Assembly (NCBI GenBank): GCA_965233585.1
Contig: CBDDTI010000747.1
Span: 128,001-192,000 of the forward strand
Direction of reading: 5' to 3'
Source of the DNA: a bacterium
GTDB taxonomy: Bacteria; SAR324; NAC60-12
DNA length: 64,000 bases
In this document: piece after piece, positions 59,055-64,000 of the stretch
How the letters are laid out: every line of letters starts with the position of its first letter
Position numbering within the stretch: position 1 is the stretch's first letter
Made by a program: the position numbers and the translations under genes
Notes under the pieces: generated by a model
Told to the model about the DNA's origin: nothing
Seen by the model: only the letters and a program-made list of their open reading frames with translations
Database searches by the model: none

Positions 59055-60524
59055 TTAAGAAGAACGTTCGTCATTGTCTCTATATCGTTCTATGTCATCT
59101 TCGCCAAAGTAATTGCCCGTTTGGACTTCTTCAATAAAGGTCGTGGTTTTATCAGAGGAACGTCCGTAGTCATCTTCATATCGTTCTATGTCATCTTCGC
59201 CAAAGTAATTGCCCGTTTGGACTTCAATAAAAGTCATGTTTTTATCAGAATAGTTAGCGATGCGATGTTTAGACCCTCTGGGAATGTCTATGGCTTGCCC
59301 CGCAGACAGCTGATGCTCCTCATCATCAAGTGTGACCACTGCTTGACCTGAGACAATGAACCAATGTTCTGCACGTTTTTGATGGCTTTGGTAGCTCAAT
59401 CGTTTATCAGGATACACCACAATTTTTTTGACTTTGTGGTCTTCTTCATCACTCAATACCTCATAAAATCCCCAAGGTCTTTGTGATGGGTCATGTTTGA
59501 GTGATTCTTCAACTTGCTTGGCAACTTCACGTATGGCTTGCGGTTGATTGATGTCTGCTACAAGCAACGCCTCTTTGCAATCCACAATCACCAAATCTTT
59601 CACTCCAACACAGGCTACCTGTTTTTGAGTGGAAACGACACAGTTGTTGAATGCGTCTTTTGTAGCGACTTGTCCATAACAAACATTACCATCAGAGTCT
59701 TTTTCTGAAGTGTGATAAATACTTGACCATGTTCCTAAATCTTCCCAGTTAAATTTTCCTATCACAGTTGCCATATTGTCCGATTTTTCACAAATTGCGT
59801 AATCTAATGAAATGGATTTAACTGCTTGATATGCTAACTGACGTGCTGATTCGTCTTGGTCAATCGCATTTTGCAGCGTTTGAAACATTTCAGGTTCATA
59901 AAGTTCAAAAGCATGCCTGAAAGAAGAAACTTTTGCAATAAAAATCCCAACATTCCAAAGATATTTTTCAGATTCCAGATACTTTTTTGCCGTGTCATAG
60001 TCAGGCTTTTCAACAAATTTTTTGACTAAAAAGCCCTCGTCAAGAGCTTGACCTATCTGAATATACCCATACCCTGTTGCAGGATAGGCAGGTTTTAGCC
60101 CAATCGTAACAAGATGTCCTTTCTGGGCAAGTTGATAGGCTTGTTGAAGTGCAAGGGTGAATGAATCTAACGGCTGGATAAGGTGGTCTGCTGATGCGAC
60201 AACAACGATTTCGTCTTTCGGCATCTGCAACAAAAATTGAAGAGTTGCTGCTGCTGTGTTTTTTCTAGCAGGTTCTGTGATGATTTGGGAAAACGAGGCA
60301 TTTGGAAGTACCTCCTGCATTTGTTGGTGTAATTGCTGTTGGTGGCCTTTTAATCCTCCAACATAAATGTCTCTTTCTGCAAACTGATGTCTCAACCTCA
60401 AACATGTCTCTTGCAGCAAAGAAAATTGGGATAATCCTAAGTTCAGGAATTGCTTGGGAGACTGGTCTTGGCTCAATGGCCAAAGACGACTTCCTTGACC
60501 TCCAGCTAAAATGAAAGCTTTCAT
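59055..60524 (-). CDS. manC: Mannose-1-phosphate guanylyltransferase/mannose-6-phosphate isomerase
   Basis: LAGG.GSRLWPLS, PKQF, EP..KNTA, FVEKP, RPWG, LSYQSH..RAEHW, EVQTG.YFGEDDI. Confidence 0.93.
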   Translation of the reverse strand: MKAFILAGGQGSRLWPLSQDQSPKQFLNLGLSQFSLLQETCLRLRHQFAERDIYVGGLKGHQQQLHQQMQEVLPNASFSQIITEPARKNTAAATLQFLLQMPKDEIVVVASADHLIQPLDSFTLALQQAYQLAQKGHLVTIGLKPAYPATGYGYIQIGQALDEGFLVKKFVEKPDYDTAKKYLESEKYLWNVGIFIAKVSSFRHAFELYEPEMFQTLQNAIDQDESARQLAYQAVKSISLDYAICEKSDNMATVIGKFNWEDLGTWSSIYHTSEKDSDGNVCYGQVATKDAFNNCVVSTQKQVACVGVKDLVIVDCKEALLVADINQPQAIREVAKQVEESLKHDPSQRPWGFYEVLSDEEDHKVKKIVVYPDKRLSYQSHQKRAEHWFIVSGQAVVTLDDEEHQLSAGQAIDIPRGSKHRIANYSDKNMTFIEVQTGNYFGEDDIERYEDDYGRSSDKTTTFIEEVQTGNYFGEDDIERYRDNDERSS

Positions 60525-60552
60525 AAAGGACTTTGGAATTTAGAAAGGAAGG

Positions 60553-60625
60553 TGGCCAGAGCTGGAATCGAACCAGCGACACAGGGATTTTCAGTCCCTT
60601 GCTCTACCGACTGAGCTATCTGGCC
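60553..60625 (-). tRNA. tRNA-Phe (GAA)
   Basis: GGCCAGATAGCTCAGTCGGTAGAGCAAGGGACTGAAAATCCCTGTGTCGCTGGTTCGATTCCAGCTCTGGCCA; CCA not fully encoded. Confidence 0.96.
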
Positions 60626-60709
60626 AAGCTCGTAATATTAGCAGATGGTTGCTAAAAAAGGAATCTTAATTTTTTGAAAAATCAAAATTCCTTAAAAAAA
60701 GAGTAGAAA

Positions 60710-61090
60710 TTACTTAACTTCCACAGAAGCACCAGCCTCTTCCAGTTGTTTTTTGACAGCTTCTGCTTCTTCTTTAGAGACCCCTTCTTTGATTGCTTTA
60801 GGGACACTTGTTGTGAACTCTTTTGCTTCTTTCAATCCTAGACCTGTGATGGAGCGAACCACTTTGATCACCTCAATCTTCTTGTCTCCAACAGCAGTCA
60901 AGACAGCATCAAATTCTGTTTTTTCTGCAGGTGCTTCTGCCCCTCCGCCTGCTGCTGCAGCTGGAGCAGCAGCCACGGCCGCTGCGGCACTGACTTGAAA
61001 CTTATCTTCTAACTCTTTGACCATTTCAGATAACTCTAAAACAGACATATTAGAGATAAATTCAATCACTTCGTCTTTACTAATCGCCAT
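60710..61090 (-). CDS. rplL: 50S ribosomal protein L7/L12
   Basis: Ala-rich hinge, [33 protein letters not shown] before ATG 61090. Confidence 0.97.
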   Translation of the reverse strand: MAISKDEVIEFISNMSVLELSEMVKELEDKFQVSAAAAVAAAPAAAAGGGAEAPAEKTEFDAVLTAVGDKKIEVIKVVRSITGLGLKEAKEFTTSVPKAIKEGVSKEEAEAVKKQLEEAGASVEVK

Positions 61091-61133
61091 ATTTTTCTCC
61101 TTTAAAAATAAATAAATAAATGAACAGTCATGG

Positions 61134-61655
61134 TTATCTTTGACTGATCGCACTTAACACTCTGACAAAACTTGCAGGAACTTCATTGAGCGTTCTCACA
61201 AATTGAGTGATTGGTGCATTGAAAATGAATAACAGTTTAACAATCAATTCCTCTTTAGGAGGAAGTTTTGACAATGCTTCAACTTGCTCTGGAGTCAGGA
61301 CATCGGTGCGGTCTCCTGTCACAAGTAATCCTCCATGAATGGAAAACTCTTTTTGTTCCTTAGCAAATTGGGTTAATATCTTCGCCTGTGTGACAGGGTC
61401 AGAAGAATGAAAGACTAACGTCTTGGTTTGTTCAAATTGATTGGCAATGGATTCAAAAGGGGTTTCCTTTGCCGCAATACGTGCCAATGTGTTTTTAATC
61501 ACTTTCATTTGAGAACCTGATTGATGTAACTCTCTGCGAAGTGCCACCACTGCTGAGGATTCTATCCCGCACGTGTCAACCAAAACTGCTGCAGAACTCT
61601 GACTAAAAAGTTCTTTTAATTCTGCAACTACCTTTTCTTTTTTTTCTCTATCCAT
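61134..61655 (-). CDS. rplJ: 50S ribosomal protein L10
   Basis: [23 protein letters not shown]; position in operon. Confidence 0.95.
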   Translation of the reverse strand: MDREKKEKVVAELKELFSQSSAAVLVDTCGIESSAVVALRRELHQSGSQMKVIKNTLARIAAKETPFESIANQFEQTKTLVFHSSDPVTQAKILTQFAKEQKEFSIHGGLLVTGDRTDVLTPEQVEALSKLPPKEELIVKLLFIFNAPITQFVRTLNEVPASFVRVLSAISQR

Positions 61656-61800
61656 AATTCACAAGTAAGTAAAAATGGTGTATCAACTGAAATTTAAAAA
61701 ATGATGAATAAACATGAATGAAAACAGCCAAACGTATTGAATTTGAACCATTTTGAAAAAGCGGTGAAGAAGAGAAGGAACAAAGGAAGAAATTCTTTTG

Positions 61801-61847
61801 TCTCGGCTGGGAATTTTAAACCTGCTTCGGTCCCTGCTGTCTTCAAC
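61801..61847 (-). promoter_or_regulatory. L10 leader autoregulatory RNA (core)
   Basis: GAAGACAGCAGG...TAAAATTCCCAGCCGAG between rplA and rplJ. Confidence 0.75.
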
Positions 61848-61871
61848 AACTTTAACGATTAACGAAAAGGA

Positions 61872-62555
61872 CTAAAGCTGAACTTTAATCCCCGGTCCCA
61901 TTGTGGAACTGACTGAACATGACTTCATGTAAACTCCCTTAGATGTAGAAGGCTTCAGCTTTTTGACTTCATCTAAAAATGCCTCCACATTTTCTTTGAG
62001 TTTGTCTTCTTGAAAAGAAGCACGTCCCACAGGGGCATGCAAATTAGAATGTTTGTCCACACGAAACTCAATTTTTCCAGACTTGATTTCTTTGACAATA
62101 GATGCAACATCAAGCGTGACTGTGCCAAGTTTGGGATTGGGCATTAAACCACGAGTTCCCAAAAAACGTCCAATCTTTCCTACAAGCCCCATCATGTTAG
62201 GGGTTGCCACTACACGATCAAATTCAAACCAACTTTCTTTTTGAATCTTTTCAATCAAATCTTCATCTCCCACAAAGTCTGCACCTGCCTCTATGGCTTC
62301 TTGAGCCTTTTCTCCCTTTGCAAAAACAAGAACACGCACATCTTTTCCTAGCCCATGAGGTAGTGAACATGCACCCCTGACCATTTGGTCTGCTTTTCTT
62401 GGGTCAACACCCAAGCGCAAGGACACTTCCACCGTTTCATCAAACTTGGCACTTGCACACTTTTTGACTAATTGCAAAGCCTCAAAAATAGGGTAAAGCT
62501 GTTGTTCTTCAAAAGTCCCTTGAAATGCTTTTTGTCTTTTACTTAATTTTTTCAT
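61872..62555 (-). CDS. rplA: 50S ribosomal protein L1
   Basis: [36 protein letters not shown]. Confidence 0.98.
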   Translation of the reverse strand: MKKLSKRQKAFQGTFEEQQLYPIFEALQLVKKCASAKFDETVEVSLRLGVDPRKADQMVRGACSLPHGLGKDVRVLVFAKGEKAQEAIEAGADFVGDEDLIEKIQKESWFEFDRVVATPNMMGLVGKIGRFLGTRGLMPNPKLGTVTLDVASIVKEIKSGKIEFRVDKHSNLHAPVGRASFQEDKLKENVEAFLDEVKKLKPSTSKGVYMKSCSVSSTMGPGIKVQL

Positions 62556-62568
62556 TCAAAACCTCTTT

Positions 62569-62994
62569 TTAACTTGCTTCTATTTCAACGCCCATGCTTT
62601 GCGCAGAACCAATGACACAACGTTTTGCTTCTTCCAACGAGTAACAATTCAAGTCAGGTAGTTTCGTTTTTGCAATGTCTTCTACTTGTGCTTGGGTCAA
62701 AGTACCTACCTTTTCAGTATTGGGGGTTGCTGACCCTTTGTCAAGGTTGAGTGCTTTTTTAATGAGTTGCGAAACAGGAGGAGTTTTGGTGATAAACGTG
62801 AAAGTCCTGTCAGAGTATGCCGTAATGACGACAGGAACAATCGTGTCTAAATCCTGCGTTTGTGCATTGAAACTCTTGCAAAATTCCATGATGTTTAGCC
62901 CACGTTGTCCTAATGCTGGACCAATGGGTGGAGAGGGAGCCGCCTTGCCTGCGGGAATCTGCAATTTGATGTATCCAATAATTTCTTTTGCCAT
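62569..62994 (-). CDS. rplK: 50S ribosomal protein L11
   Basis: [29 protein letters not shown]. Confidence 0.98.
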   Translation of the reverse strand: MAKEIIGYIKLQIPAGKAAPSPPIGPALGQRGLNIMEFCKSFNAQTQDLDTIVPVVITAYSDRTFTFITKTPPVSQLIKKALNLDKGSATPNTEKVGTLTQAQVEDIAKTKLPDLNCYSLEEAKRCVIGSAQSMGVEIEAS

Positions 62995-63012
62995 GTTGAT
63001 TTTTATTTGATG

Positions 63013-63612
63013 TTAAGATCGTTTGATATTTTCAGGGTCCACTTCCACAGGAGTCATTCTTCCAAAGATGCTTACAAAAACTTGTAATTTCTCACCATCG
63101 CCACGAATCTCACCAACTGTGCCATTGAAATTGGAAAAAGGACCTTCTGTAATGATGACTTTTTGACCTGTTTCATATTTTTCTGTTGACGCTGTTTGTT
63201 GCGCACCGCTGTTGATTTGGTCAATGACAGACCGAAGCTCTATGGGACTGACAGGCAAAGGATTGTCTTTGTCACCACCAACAAAACCTGAAACACGTGG
63301 GGTGTCCATTAGAATATGCCAAAGGTCATCAGTGAGATTTGCCAAGATGAATACATATCCGGGAAAGTATTTTTGCTTGACGACACGTTTCTTGCCTGAC
63401 CTAGTCTGAATCACTTCCTCACTAGGAATAAAGAACTTTTGAATCAAATCTGACTTATGAGCGGCACGTAAACTTTCTTGTAGAGACCTTTCTATGCGAC
63501 TCTCATAACCTGTTTGCGTCTGCAAAATATACCACTTGAACTGATCGCCCTCACCTCCTTCAAGTAATTCTTCTAACAATGGAGATGCTTGGGGTTGTAA
63601 ATCTGAATCCAT
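63013..63612 (-). CDS. nusG: Transcription termination/antitermination factor NusG
   Basis: KWYIL, FPGYV, TPRVSGFVG, GPF.NF.G, IFGRMTPVE; ATG 63612 follows secE. Confidence 0.95.
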   Translation of the reverse strand: MDSDLQPQASPLLEELLEGGEGDQFKWYILQTQTGYESRIERSLQESLRAAHKSDLIQKFFIPSEEVIQTRSGKKRVVKQKYFPGYVFILANLTDDLWHILMDTPRVSGFVGGDKDNPLPVSPIELRSVIDQINSGAQQTASTEKYETGQKVIITEGPFSNFNGTVGEIRGDGEKLQVFVSIFGRMTPVEVDPENIKRS

Positions 63613-63623
63613 ATCTAAAAAAA

Positions 63624-63809
63624 CTAATAAATCAGGGCTTGCATCACTTGAGACAACCCTGTGTCCACAGTCCAGAGAAAGACTGCAATGATGGCTGAAA
63701 GGATGACAACCACGTAAGTAGATTTGAAAGTAGCTTGCCTCGTTGGCCACTCCACTTTTTTAAATTGAGACTTGACACTCTCTAAGAAACCTTTGGTTTT
63801 GTTGATCAT
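63624..63809 (-). CDS. secE: Preprotein translocase subunit SecE
   Basis: KKVEWPT plus one TM helix; between tRNA-Trp and nusG. Confidence 0.93.
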   Translation of the reverse strand: MINKTKGFLESVKSQFKKVEWPTRQATFKSTYVVVILSAIIAVFLWTVDTGLSQVMQALIY

Positions 63810-63823
63810 ACACTGTTTTGATA

Positions 63824-63899
63824 TGGCAGGCCAGGCAGGATTTGAACCCGCGACCGCCGGTTTTGGAGACCGATGCTCTACCAGCTGAGCTACTGACCT
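63824..63899 (-). tRNA. tRNA-Trp (CCA)
   Basis: AGGTCAGTAGCTCAGCTGGTAGAGCATCGGTCTCCAAAACCGGCGGTCGCGGGTTCAAATCCTGCCTGGCCTGCCA. Confidence 0.96.
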
Positions 63900-63949
63900 G
63901 AAAATACTACTGCAAAAGATAAAAAAAGAGGAACATGAAACACTCCGTG

Positions 63950-64000
63950 TGGAGCCTGAGAGCAGGATTGAACTGCCGACCTCTTCCTTACCAAGGAAAC
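63950..64000 (-). tRNA. tRNA-Thr (GGT), 5' end outside window
   Basis: TTCCTTGGTAAGGAA anticodon arm, GTTCAATC T-loop, CCA end. Confidence 0.88.

Overview
Bacterial chromosomal DNA, AT-rich and Gram-negative (lipoproteins, LPS-type GT9). Taxonomy cannot be fixed from this window. In order: two tandem Kelch/Asp-box beta-propeller paralogues (1-3972); csoR-cytochrome c-copA; a seven-gene ArsS radical-SAM (arsenosugar-type) cluster that includes an MTA phosphorylase (7371-13956); an IS1 element nested inside a near-identical copy of itself (14050-15577); torT-like, PLP decarboxylase, amidohydrolase, bioMNY and a degenerate kinase-like gene; an ABC/FtsX/AttH operon. An accessory island (about 27.4-43.4 kb) carries a surface gene with a 7-bp microsatellite frame switch, an FN3-Kelch lipoprotein, gene relics, micro-ORFs, a frameshifted Type ISP restriction-modification gene invaded by palindromic elements, and two toxin-antitoxin pairs. 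The rest is mostly housekeeping (PCuAC, glgX, argC, Fe-ABC, glnA), a second IS1, an AT-rich aminosugar cassette, manC, three tRNAs and secE-nusG-rplKAJL, which is not followed by rpoB. Best leads: a candidate complete arsenosugar/arsenolipid pathway, the phase-variation switch, and the repeats inserted in frame into the RM enzyme. All functional calls come from reading motifs by eye; no database searches were run.
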